Positions 11,982-20,968 of a stretch of 64,000 bases of DNA are shown in pieces. This DNA comes from Candidatus Alcyoniella australis. GTDB taxonomy: Bacteria; Lernaellota; Lernaellaia; JAVCCG01; Alcyoniellaceae. The notes under the pieces were generated by a model, which searched no databases, was not told where the DNA came from, and saw nothing but the letters and a program-made list of their open reading frames with translations. The stretch lies in the NCBI GenBank assembly GCA_030765605.1, contig JAVCCG010000133.1, positions 12,086 to 76,085 of the forward strand, read 5' to 3'. A program made the translations under genes and the position numbers. Every line of letters starts with the position of its first letter. Positions within the stretch are counted from its first letter, which is position 1.

Positions 11982-13007
11982 ATGGGACGTTTTCGCACGC
12001 TGTTGTTCGCGCTGGTCGCGGTGTTGCTGTTTTTCGCGGCGGTGGAGGGACTGCTGCGCCTCAGCGGCTGGGCCCGTTCGCCCTTGGACGAGGTCTACTC
12101 GGACATCTACGACGTGGAATACGTGATGAGTCCGGGCAGCCCCAATCCTTACAACGAACACAAGCCCGAAAAGCTCAATATCGTGGGCTTGCGCGGCGAG
12201 ACCTTCCCCATTGAGCGCGAGCCGGGCGTGCTGCGCGTAATCTGTCTGGGCGACTCGACCACCTTTGGCATGGGCGAGCTCGAGGAATGCTATCCGTACA
12301 TGCTGCAAGAGCAGCTTGAGCAGCATCTGGGCTCGAACAAGGCGCAGGTGCTCAACGCCGGGATTCCCGGGACCGGGTTCACCCAACAGTTGTTGTTTTT
12401 TCAACGCCGGATGCGGCCCTATCGGCCCGACGTTGTTGCTCTGACCGGTGGGCCAAATTACCGTCCTGATATCAAGCAGTACCGTGATAGATTGAAGTCG
12501 GAACGCTTCCAGCGGCTGTACTCGATGCGCGGATGGTTTTCGCGGTTCGACACATACCGTTTGTTACGGCGGTTGGTCAAGGGTCCGGCCGTGCGGTTCG
12601 CCATGGACGACTCGCAGATCGATCCGGCGACCATCGAGACCGGCAGCTATCTGATGGATTATTGGGAAGATTTAGCGCACATGCGCGAACTGTCGCAGCA
12701 GGACGGCTTTAAATTGGTGTTTCTCAACGTGCCGCACCTCGAGTTGATTCAGGAGATGCAGAGCAGGGGGGTCCAGCCGGGGACCGAGCAGTACCGTGAA
12801 GTGTTGTGGATGTTCACGCCGGACCACGTAACCCCCCGATTTGCAGAGAAATACGGCTGTCAGTTTGTGGATTCGGTTCCGGAATTTTTGTTGATTAAGG
12901 CCGACGAAACACTGTTTTTCGATCCCAATCACCCCGCGGCCAAGGGCAACCGGATTATCGCCCGCGCCGTGGCCCAAGGGATTTTACAGGCCATCGCCCA
13001 GCCTTAA
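11982..13007 (+). CDS. SGNH/GDSL hydrolase family membrane-anchored protein (start uncertain: 11955 or 11982)
   Basis: CLGDSTTFG, NAGIPG, DPNHP motifs; N-terminal TM helix. Confidence 0.8.
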   Translation: MGRFRTLLFALVAVLLFFAAVEGLLRLSGWARSPLDEVYSDIYDVEYVMSPGSPNPYNEHKPEKLNIVGLRGETFPIEREPGVLRVICLGDSTTFGMGELEECYPYMLQEQLEQHLGSNKAQVLNAGIPGTGFTQQLLFFQRRMRPYRPDVVALTGGPNYRPDIKQYRDRLKSERFQRLYSMRGWFSRFDTYRLLRRLVKGPAVRFAMDDSQIDPATIETGSYLMDYWEDLAHMRELSQQDGFKLVFLNVPHLELIQEMQSRGVQPGTEQYREVLWMFTPDHVTPRFAEKYGCQFVDSVPEFLLIKADETLFFDPNHPAAKGNRIIARAVAQGILQAIAQP

Positions 13008-13066
13008 CCCGTTGGGCGAAAAGTAAAGATCGATTTCTCGATCTTTCCACCCCCTCTTAATCCGAT

Positions 13067-13082
13067 TGTTCCACGTGGAACA
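13067..13082. other. parS centromere-like site 1
   Basis: TGTTCCACGTGGAACA, a perfect match to the widespread parS consensus. Confidence 0.9.
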
Positions 13083-13084
13083 AC

Positions 13085-13205
13085 TGTGGAAAAGATGTTG
13101 CGCACAGGTATTCACACAATGTGGATAGATTCTATAACTAGATGATTAATAAGGGGAAAGTCGCTGTGTTCCACGTGGAACAACTGTGGATGGAGCTGTG
13201 GGTAG
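13085..13205. promoter_or_regulatory. Cluster of DnaA-box-like 9-mers
   Basis: TGTGGAAAA 13085, TTGCGCACA 13098, GTATTCACA 13108, TGTGGATAG 13120, TGTGGATGG 13185, TGTGGGTAG 13197, compared with TTWTNCACA or its reverse complement. Confidence 0.55.
13167..13182. other. parS centromere-like site 2
   Basis: TGTTCCACGTGGAACA, exactly 100 bp from site 1. Confidence 0.9.
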
Positions 13206-13221
13206 TCAATCAACAGTCCGC

Positions 13222-14268
13222 TTAGCACTTCATCGGGCAGCGGCCGATCTTCTCGCGGGTGATCAGGCCCGCTAGACGACCTTGATCGATAACCGGCAGG
13301 GCGAAGAGGTTGCTGTTGCGCATCCGCCGCAGCACATCCACCAGCGGCTCGGCCGGGCTCGCCGGCTGGGGAATCTGGCGCACGATGTCGCTTACTCGCA
13401 CGTCGAACTCCTCGCGCTTGAGCGCGGGAATCAGGTCGACCCGCGAGACCATGCCCACCAGGCGTCCCTGGTCGATTACCGGCACGTCCTCCTGCATCGT
13501 GTGGCGCAGGCTCGAGGACAGGGAGCCCAGGGTTTCCTCGGGAGTGGTCCAATAGACCGGCGCGAGCATTGCGCGCCAGGCGGGGATGTCCTTTAACGTG
13601 CGCTCGAGCTCGGCCTCCTGACGCTCGGCATTGGCCCCGAGGTAAACGAAGACCGCGATCAGCATCAGGAAGAAGTTGCCGCTGAACAGACCGATCACGC
13701 CGAAACCGATGGCAACCACTTGGCCAACCTTGCCCGCCACTTCCGTGCCCCAGGTGTGTCCTTTGGCTGAAGCCAGGATGCCGCGCAGAATGCGGCCACC
13801 GTCCATCGGCAGGGCTGGAACCAGGTTGAATGCTCCGAGAAAACCGTTAATAAACGCCAGGGTGGACAGATAATGGGTCAAGTAGCTCTCGGCGCCCAAC
13901 GTGAAGTACGAGCCTGCGGCGATTCCGCCGAGCAGCAGGGCCAGGCCGAAACTAGTCAGCGGTCCGGCGGCCGCGACCACGATCTCGCCTGAGGGCTTGG
14001 TCGGCATGCGATCGAGTGCAGCCACTCCGCCGATAGGCAGCAAGGTGATGCTGCGGGTGTTGATGTCGTAACGCCGCGCGGTCAGCGCGTGGCCCAATTC
14101 ATGAATCACCACGCCCACGAACACGCCGAGTACGATCAGCAATCCCTCGGGTCCGCCAAATCCGGTGCTGGCCGGGCTCAGCAGTACGAACAGCAGCAGC
14201 AAGAAGAACGTCAGGTGAATTCTTATTGGAATTCCAGATATTTGCATTATCGTGAACGACCACTTCAC
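13222..14268 (-). CDS. Site-2 protease (M50) with CBS domains
   Basis: HELGH, AAAGP, FNLVPALPMDGGRIL; C-terminal CBS pair. Confidence 0.9.
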   Translation of the reverse strand: MKWSFTIMQISGIPIRIHLTFFLLLLFVLLSPASTGFGGPEGLLIVLGVFVGVVIHELGHALTARRYDINTRSITLLPIGGVAALDRMPTKPSGEIVVAAAGPLTSFGLALLLGGIAAGSYFTLGAESYLTHYLSTLAFINGFLGAFNLVPALPMDGGRILRGILASAKGHTWGTEVAGKVGQVVAIGFGVIGLFSGNFFLMLIAVFVYLGANAERQEAELERTLKDIPAWRAMLAPVYWTTPEETLGSLSSSLRHTMQEDVPVIDQGRLVGMVSRVDLIPALKREEFDVRVSDIVRQIPQPASPAEPLVDVLRRMRNSNLFALPVIDQGRLAGLITREKIGRCPMKC

Positions 14269-14443
14269 TGGAACCTCTCCTCTTTTTATTCAACTCACTA
14301 GACAACAATATAGTGACGAAGTTGCGGATATTCAACCATGACGCAGATCAGAAGGACGAAGATTTATAAAATAACCCGGGCCGGGCTTGAGCATTGACGC
14401 GCTGCTTAGCATGAATTAATGTAATCGGCAATAAGAATCGAGA

Positions 14444-15646
14444 TTGGACGTGTTGGGAAACAAACCCTCCAGACGCCGTTTTTTACGCATGTGCAGCTAC
14501 AGCGCACTGGCCGTGTCGCTGACGGGCTGCAACGATCAAGATGAGAGCTCAAGCGCGCGCGGCGGGGGAGACGACGACGATTCACCCTATCAAGCGGATC
14601 AGGCTGGCATTGGCAGAAGCTTCGACGCCGACTGCCCGAACGTAACGCTCCGGCTAGAGGATGGACGGATCTCGCACTGCGGATTCAACCCATACGACCT
14701 CAACGGCGACGGGCCGTTTATCACGGATTGCCCACAAGATTATTTTGATTTCTGCAATCTGGCCGGGGATTACGCGCAACCGTGCAAGGCTGAGGACATC
14801 GCGGATTTGCTGCAGCGCATCGCCACGGGCGAGGTGGACCCGTCCGACCCGCTGGACACTAACGAGTTGCAGCATGAGCTTTGCACGCGGCTCAACATCG
14901 AGTTTTTACTGGACAATTTCGACTCGCGGCCGTTGACCGTGACCACCACCAGGGTCGAGCGCTATGCTGACTATGAGCTGCGCTCGTTGTTGTTCGAGGA
15001 CGAGTTCGTCGGCGAGTTCAACGGTTTCCTGCTGCTGCCCAATGATGCGTGCAACGTACCGGCGGTGGTCGTCTCTCCCGGACACGCCGGCAGTTCCAAA
15101 GCCTGGATCGATGTCTATTTCGGCAATTATTTGCCGCAAAACGGCTATGCCTTGTTGGCGCTTTCCATGCGCTGTATGGCTGCGCCCAATGTGCCGGCAG
15201 AATACGATGTGACCCGTGCCCTGACCCTCGATGGCTTCACGTTTATCGGACTGCAGGTCTATGAACAGTTGCTGGGATTGAAGTACCTGCGCTTCCTGGG
15301 TTGCCGCGATGTCGCTGTCGACGGCAACCGCCTGGGACTGATCGGCCACTCGGGCGGCAGTACTGTCGGCAACTTGCTGATTCGTGCAGCGCCGGAGGCG
15401 GTAAAGGTTTATATCTCTGATTTTAAAAGTGAATATATCAACAGCGGTGAGAGCTGGAATCTCGGTAAAGTACCCCATGACTTTGCGCCTGGGGCCTGGC
15501 AGCTACACTATCTGATCAACAATTTTGATACCGCGACCATGCCTGTGCTCGAGCTGCCCTACGGCTATGCCGAGGATGGACAGTCAATACCCGATGGCAC
15601 GCGGCGGATAATCGAGTTTTTGGATCAGGAGTTGAAAAAGCGATAG
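14444..15646 (+). CDS. Tat-exported lipoprotein, alpha/beta hydrolase
   Basis: SRRRFL twin-arginine motif, lipobox LTGC, nucleophile motif GHSGG. Confidence 0.7.
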   Translation: MDVLGNKPSRRRFLRMCSYSALAVSLTGCNDQDESSSARGGGDDDDSPYQADQAGIGRSFDADCPNVTLRLEDGRISHCGFNPYDLNGDGPFITDCPQDYFDFCNLAGDYAQPCKAEDIADLLQRIATGEVDPSDPLDTNELQHELCTRLNIEFLLDNFDSRPLTVTTTRVERYADYELRSLLFEDEFVGEFNGFLLLPNDACNVPAVVVSPGHAGSSKAWIDVYFGNYLPQNGYALLALSMRCMAAPNVPAEYDVTRALTLDGFTFIGLQVYEQLLGLKYLRFLGCRDVAVDGNRLGLIGHSGGSTVGNLLIRAAPEAVKVYISDFKSEYINSGESWNLGKVPHDFAPGAWQLHYLINNFDTATMPVLELPYGYAEDGQSIPDGTRRIIEFLDQELKKR

Positions 15647-15653
15647 GCGGCGG

Positions 15654-17444
15654 TCAATCGTTGTACATCGCATCGATCAGATCTTTGTAGCGTTGATTGA
15701 CCACGTTGCGCTTGACCTTCTGGGTGGGCGTAACCTCGCCGCGCTCGATGGTCAGCTCCTCACCGAGCATTTGGAAGCGCTTGATTGTCTCGTAGCGCGG
15801 CAGGTCGGCGTTGACCTTGTCGACCATGCTTTGCACGAACTCGAGCACCATGGGGTGGTGTACCAGCTCACGCGGCTCGATTTTGCCGATTCCCGTGGTC
15901 TTGGCCCACTGAACGATCTCGTCCGGGTCCAGAGCGATCAGTGCGCTCAAATATTTACGCCGGTCGCCGATGACCACGGCTTGGCTTATATAACCAGTTG
16001 ATTTTAAAGCATTTTCTATCGGTTGCGGTGCGATATTCTTCCCCCCGGCCGTGACGATGATGTCCTTTTTCCGGTCGGTGATCCGCAGGAAGCCATCGTC
16101 GTCGATCACGCCGATATCGCCGGTGAGGAAATATCCCTGATCGTCAAAGGCCTCGGCAGTGGCCTCGGGGTCGTTGTAATATTCGCTGAAGATCGATTCG
16201 CCACGCACGCAGATCTCGCCGTCCGCTGCAATTTTGATCTCCACACCGTCGATGACCTGTCCCACCGTGCCAAATCGCAGGCTATCGGGTCGGTTGACCG
16301 TGCAGGGGGCGGCGGTTTCGGTCAGGCCGTAGCCCTCGAGGATCGTCAGGCCGCAGGCGTCGAAAAACTCGATGATTTCAACCGAAAGCGGAGCGCCTCC
16401 GCTGATCATTGTCCGCACGCGGCCGCCGAAAACCTGCTGGATCTTGTTGTAGACCAGCTTCTGGGCCAGTCCGTGCTGGAGATTGAGTCCCAGGGGAATG
16501 GCCTTGTTGTCGCGGTTTAGCTCTGACCAGCGTTTGCCCACACTGACCGCCCAGTTGAAGATCGCCCGACGTCGGGGATTGGCGCGGGAGATCTCGGCCA
16601 GTACGCGGGCGTGGATCTTCTCGTAGAGCCGCGGGACCATACTGAAGGTCGTGGGCCGGACCTCTTGGAAGTTTTCCACCAATTTATCCAGGCTCTCGGC
16701 GTAGGCACCGCTGATGCCGATGTAGACCCCGGCGTAGTTGCTGGTGCGCTGGAGGATGTGCGCCAGTGGGAGCACCACAAGGCCCAGGTCGTCGGGCCTG
16801 ATGCCCACGGCCTCGACCGAAGCCTTCATCACCGCGAGCATCGTACGGTGGGTCAGCACCACCCCTTTGGGATCGCCCGTGGTGCCCGAGGTATAGACGA
16901 TGATCGCCTTATCCTCAGGCTTGATCGATGCCAGAGTCTCGTCGAACCATTGCCGCAGCTCGCCCTCGTAGAGCGACTTTCCCAGGTCCAACGCGTTGTC
17001 GAATGAAATCAGTTCCAGGCCCTGGGCCTGGGGCGGCTCGCCGTTGAACAGCACAATTCGTTTGAGCGTGGGCATCTGCTCGCGGGCGTTGATCAGCTTT
17101 TGCGCTTGGTCTACATCCTCGACAAAGCACGTGCCGACCAAGGCGTGGTTGACGATGAACGCGCACTGTTTTGCAGTCGATGTCTCGTAGATGCCGATGG
17201 TGATCAAGGCGGCGGCCATCACGCCCATGTCGGCCGTGGACCACTCGAGGTTCGAGTGGGAGATCACGCCGACACGGTCGCCGCGCTGATGACCCCAGTG
17301 GTGCAGTGCACAGGAGACGTAGCGCGCATTGAGCTGGGTGGTGGCGTGCGGCTGTTCGATCCATGTGCCGTCGCGCTTGACCAGGGCATACCCCTGACGG
17401 CCTTCGCTCTCGAACAGGGCTGACGGGACGCTATTATATTCCAT
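15654..17444 (-). CDS. Long-chain fatty acid-CoA ligase (AMP-forming)
   Basis: YTSGTTGDPKG, EGYGLTET, TGDIG, DRKKDIIVTAGGKNIAPQPIE. Confidence 0.9.
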   Translation of the reverse strand: MEYNSVPSALFESEGRQGYALVKRDGTWIEQPHATTQLNARYVSCALHHWGHQRGDRVGVISHSNLEWSTADMGVMAAALITIGIYETSTAKQCAFIVNHALVGTCFVEDVDQAQKLINAREQMPTLKRIVLFNGEPPQAQGLELISFDNALDLGKSLYEGELRQWFDETLASIKPEDKAIIVYTSGTTGDPKGVVLTHRTMLAVMKASVEAVGIRPDDLGLVVLPLAHILQRTSNYAGVYIGISGAYAESLDKLVENFQEVRPTTFSMVPRLYEKIHARVLAEISRANPRRRAIFNWAVSVGKRWSELNRDNKAIPLGLNLQHGLAQKLVYNKIQQVFGGRVRTMISGGAPLSVEIIEFFDACGLTILEGYGLTETAAPCTVNRPDSLRFGTVGQVIDGVEIKIAADGEICVRGESIFSEYYNDPEATAEAFDDQGYFLTGDIGVIDDDGFLRITDRKKDIIVTAGGKNIAPQPIENALKSTGYISQAVVIGDRRKYLSALIALDPDEIVQWAKTTGIGKIEPRELVHHPMVLEFVQSMVDKVNADLPRYETIKRFQMLGEELTIERGEVTPTQKVKRNVVNQRYKDLIDAMYND

Positions 17445-17690
17445 TGCAACCTCCGGCGCTGCCCGCCAGTTTAGTCTCGATCATTAGGTTAGTCCATTGC
17501 TCGGATTTCCCCGATGTTATGTTTTGTGAATCACCGCTTGAATGATAGAGTTAACAACCAAAAACCTCGATCCGTAATACATAGAGATTCTCCATCCAAC
17601 ATTGACGTCGGGATCGCAGCATCTCGACGTTGCAGGCCTTGACGAAGATCAAGCAGGCCAGGGTGGAGACGACGACCGAGGAGACCGCCG

Positions 17691-17948
17691 ATGGATGATT
17701 GGAAGAGTCTTCATAGTACATCCCAGAACGGCTCGGGCGGCAGGATCATTATCTACTCGATGCTCTCGTCGGCGATCGCGTTGATGGCCCTGGCCGTGCT
17801 GCTGGCAAACGGTACTCTGGGCGCGCCGCCGTGGCTGCTGACCATGGGAGTCGGCTCCGGTGCGCTGATCCTGATTTTCGCCCTGACGGCCTTTGGCCTG
17901 TCGGTGGGTGCCGGCTTGCTTTCCTACCTGCGCTACCGCGGCCGTTAA
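17691..17948 (+). CDS. Small membrane protein
   Basis: GAGGAG RBS, two hydrophobic helices, terminator downstream. Confidence 0.55.
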   Translation: MDDWKSLHSTSQNGSGGRIIIYSMLSSAIALMALAVLLANGTLGAPPWLLTMGVGSGALILIFALTAFGLSVGAGLLSYLRYRGR

Positions 17949-17956
17949 TAAGCAAA

Positions 17957-17981
17957 GGGCAGGTCCCGGCGGGACCTGCCC
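17957..17981. terminator. Hairpin between convergent genes
   Basis: GGGCAGGTCCC ggc GGGACCTGCCC perfect 11-bp stem. Confidence 0.7.
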
Positions 17982-18007
17982 CTATTGAACATCTGGTTTG
18001 GCTGGAA

Positions 18008-18676
18008 TCAGTCGGAACGGCGGCGCATCAAGCTGAGCTTCAGCCCGTGCTTGCGCATCATCGCCTGGAAGTTCGGTCGCTGCATGCCGACCTGTTTGGC
18101 TGCCTTGGTTACGTTGTATTCGTTGCGCTGCAGCGCATCGACCACGAACGCCTTTTCGATCGGCACGACGGCGCTTTCGCGCAGCACCTTTTTGGCGCGC
18201 TTGAGCTGCTGGCTGTCGACGGGGACCTTGTCGGGCATGTTGGCCATGACAGTATCCGGGCCGCGTAGCTCGAGCTGCTCGGAGAGCTTGAGCTTGGCCA
18301 GCTTGAGCTGGCGGACTTCCAGTGCGCGCTCGGCGGCGACCATCAGCTCCTCGTTCATGAACGGGCGTACGAGCATCTGGCAGGAGTGGTCCTTGAGCAT
18401 CTCAAGCGATCCTCCCAGATCCTGCTCGTTGATCATCGCGATCACGGCGATGTTCGGCTGGACGTTGAAGACCTTCTTGATCAGCTCACCGCCCTTGTAA
18501 CCGTTCATTCCCAGGTCTACTACCGCGATGTCGAACCCACCGCTCTCCAGCGACTTTAAAAGTTCGTCGCTGACCGGAGTGGCTACTACTTTCTCGACAC
18601 GGCCCTTGAGGGCGTCCATCAACATCCCGGCGAGGCTGACTTCACTGTCGCCGACAATTATCCTGATTCGCTCCAT
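18008..18676 (-). CDS. Receiver domain + Fis-type HTH regulator lacking an AAA+ domain
   Basis: AAGGAG RBS before MERIRII; FDIAVVDLGM receiver; NVTKAAKQVGMQRPNFQAMMRKHG Fis HTH. Confidence 0.75.
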   Translation of the reverse strand: MERIRIIVGDSEVSLAGMLMDALKGRVEKVVATPVSDELLKSLESGGFDIAVVDLGMNGYKGGELIKKVFNVQPNIAVIAMINEQDLGGSLEMLKDHSCQMLVRPFMNEELMVAAERALEVRQLKLAKLKLSEQLELRGPDTVMANMPDKVPVDSQQLKRAKKVLRESAVVPIEKAFVVDALQRNEYNVTKAAKQVGMQRPNFQAMMRKHGLKLSLMRRRSD

Positions 18677-18722
18677 TGAATGCTCCTTCTGCTGAAACAA
18701 ATAATTTTGTTCGCCAATGTAA

Positions 18723-18738
18723 TGCAACATCAGTGCCG
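18723..18738 (-). promoter_or_regulatory. Sigma54 (-24/-12) promoter
   Basis: Minus strand CGGCACTGATGTTGCA = GG-N10-GC, with an AT-rich upstream region. Confidence 0.65.
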
Positions 18739-19090
18739 TTTGCGTTTTTACAAGATATTTATTGCAACTGTATATTAACCCTGGATTTTATGCAAAAGAA
18801 AATCATGACTTAAAATGCCAATAATGTAATTAATGTAACATTAAAGAGTCACGTTGTCTCAATTATGGTGCATAAAACGCTGGAAAAGGTCAAGGAAGGC
18901 TCCGATGCTTAATACTTAAATAAACACAAAAAACAATGGTTTATTATCGATGTGGTCGAGAATAGCTCTTTTTTTTAACCTTCTGACGCATAAATTTCCT
19001 TAACATCAAGAAGGTTCGTATATTTAGAATGAGACATTACGATTTGAAGGATCGCCAGCCTGCAAATGGGAAGAGGGCGGGAGGAGGGAT

Positions 19091-19405
19091 AATATTGCGG
19101 TTAACAATATTGTATGGAGGCTCGCGGAAAGCTGATTTGAGCAGCGGCAAGGTGCGCGAACAACGCTGGTTGCAATGCGATGACTCGCCCCACGACAGCG
19201 CCCTTGGAGGCGGCTTGGAGTCGCTACAAAACACGCGCAGTACGCTGGTTGTAATGCCAATATCCACTCCGCAGCGAAAGTAGGGTGGTGGGTAATAGTG
19301 CCGCTACAAAACACGCGCAGTACGCTGGTTGTAATGCCAAGATCCACTCCGCGGCGAAAGTAGGGTGGTGGGTAATAGTATTGAGCAACAATATTCCCAC
19401 AATAT
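19091..19405 (+). repeat. Array of family-B repeat units, including a near-perfect 80-bp-period tandem duplication
   Basis: 19222-19299 and 19302-19379 differ at 2 positions; a degenerate unit lies around 19153-19200; similar to the reverse complement of 24790-24894. Confidence 0.8.
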
Positions 19406-19424
19406 TTCAGGATAGTTGTCGGGC

Positions 19425-19453
19425 TTGACTTGGGCGCGTGTCTCTGCTAATTT
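19425..19453 (+). promoter_or_regulatory. Sigma70-type promoter for the rnf operon
   Basis: TTGACT-17 bp-TAATTT with a TG extension. Confidence 0.55.
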
Positions 19454-19523
19454 TTGGCGCGTTTCAGGCACCCCGCCGCCCGCTGAAATACGTATGATAA
19501 CCACTAGAGTTTAAGACAGCATT

Positions 19524-20099
19524 ATGGGCACCCTACTGCTGGTCATCGTCTCTGCCGTTCTGGTCAACAACTTTGTCTTGGCGAAATTCCTCGGGATTTG
19601 CCCGTTCCTGGGCGTGTCGCGCAAGGTCGAGACCGCCCTGGGAATGTCGATGGCCGTGCTGTTCGTGATGACCGTGGCCGGCGTTGTCACCTATTTCGTG
19701 CAGCAGGTGTTGGTCCGTTTCCAGATCGAGTACCTGCAGACCATCGCTTTTATTCTGGTAATCGCCACCTTGGTGCAACTGGTCGAGATCGTATTGCAGA
19801 AGATCTCGCCGGCGCTGTACCAGGCACTGGGAATCTTCCTGCCGCTGATCACCACCAACTGCGCGGTGCTCGGCGTGGCCGTAATCAACGTACAAAAGGA
19901 TTACGACTTCGTCACCACGCTGGTGCACAGTCTGGGCGCGGCCATCGGCTTCGGTCTGGCGCTGGTGCTGTTTGCCGGCATCCGCGAGCGAATCGAGAGC
20001 GCGGATGTGCCTGAGAGCTTCAAAGGCACGGCCCTGGCCCTGGTTACCGCCGGACTGCTGAGCTTGGCGTTCATGGGCTTCAGCGGCCTGGTGCGCTGA
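19524..20099 (+). CDS. rnfA: Rnf complex subunit A
   Basis: [30 protein letters not shown]. Confidence 0.95.
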   Translation: MGTLLLVIVSAVLVNNFVLAKFLGICPFLGVSRKVETALGMSMAVLFVMTVAGVVTYFVQQVLVRFQIEYLQTIAFILVIATLVQLVEIVLQKISPALYQALGIFLPLITTNCAVLGVAVINVQKDYDFVTTLVHSLGAAIGFGLALVLFAGIRERIESADVPESFKGTALALVTAGLLSLAFMGFSGLVR

Positions 20100-20110
20100 G
20101 GGACGCGCGC

Positions 20111-20968
20111 GTGCTGGCCTCGATCCTGACCCTGACGATCCTGGGACTGACCGCGGCTCTGGGCCTGGCCATCGCCAAGAAGAGCTTTGCGGTCCAGCGC
20201 GACCCGCGGGTCGAGCAACTGATGCCGATCCTGCCCGGGGTCAACTGCGGCTCGTGCGGCTATCCGGGCTGCAACGGGTTTGCCGAGGCCCTGGCCGCAG
20301 GCAAGGCCGAGATCAACCAGTGCCCGGTGGGCGACGCGGAGCTCAAGCGTCAGATCGCGCAGATCCTGGGCGTGGACTACTCCGCGGCCCAGCGCCGCGT
20401 GGCGCTGATCATCTGCGGCGGGACCTTTACCCACGCCAAGCACGGCTACGAGTACGACGGCGTGCGCTCGTGCCGCGCGGCCCAGCTCGTGCTCGGCGGC
20501 GACAAGGAGTGCCCCTACGGCTGTCTGGGCTACGGCGACTGCACCAAGGTCTGCCCCTTCGGCGCCATGGAGATCCGCCAGGGTGTGAGCTTCGTCAACG
20601 AGGAGCTGTGCACGGCCTGCGGCAATTGCATCCGCGTCTGCCCGCGCAACGTGATCCGCCTGGTCGACTACCCGGTGGAGCGGGTACACGTGATGTGCAA
20701 CAGCGTGGACAAGGGCGGCCTGGTGCGCAAGTACTGCGACGTGGGGTGCATCGCCTGCACCAAGTGCGTCAAGGCCTGCCCCGAGGGGGCGATCGTCTTT
20801 GAGAACAACCTGGCGCGTGTCGACTATTCCAAATGCACGCGTTGCGGCGAGTGCGTCAAAGTCTGCCCGACCCACGCGATCATCGACCTCGATCCCGAGG
20901 GGACGTCGCATCTTGCGCAAGTAGAACCGTCGACGCGTCAACCCGATCAGGCCCAGGCCGCGGGATGA
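20111..20968 (+). CDS. rnfB: Rnf complex subunit B (polyferredoxin)
   Basis: LPGVNCGSCGYPGC and several CxxCxxCxxxCP motifs. Confidence 0.95.
   Translation: MLASILTLTILGLTAALGLAIAKKSFAVQRDPRVEQLMPILPGVNCGSCGYPGCNGFAEALAAGKAEINQCPVGDAELKRQIAQILGVDYSAAQRRVALIICGGTFTHAKHGYEYDGVRSCRAAQLVLGGDKECPYGCLGYGDCTKVCPFGAMEIRQGVSFVNEELCTACGNCIRVCPRNVIRLVDYPVERVHVMCNSVDKGGLVRKYCDVGCIACTKCVKACPEGAIVFENNLARVDYSKCTRCGECVKVCPTHAIIDLDPEGTSHLAQVEPSTRQPDQAQAAG

Noticed and set aside
19222..19379. CRISPR array or tandem riboswitch
   Set aside because: Whole units are duplicated with no unique spacers, no cas genes are present, no aptamer consensus was recognised, and the units lie upstream of the predicted rnf promoter
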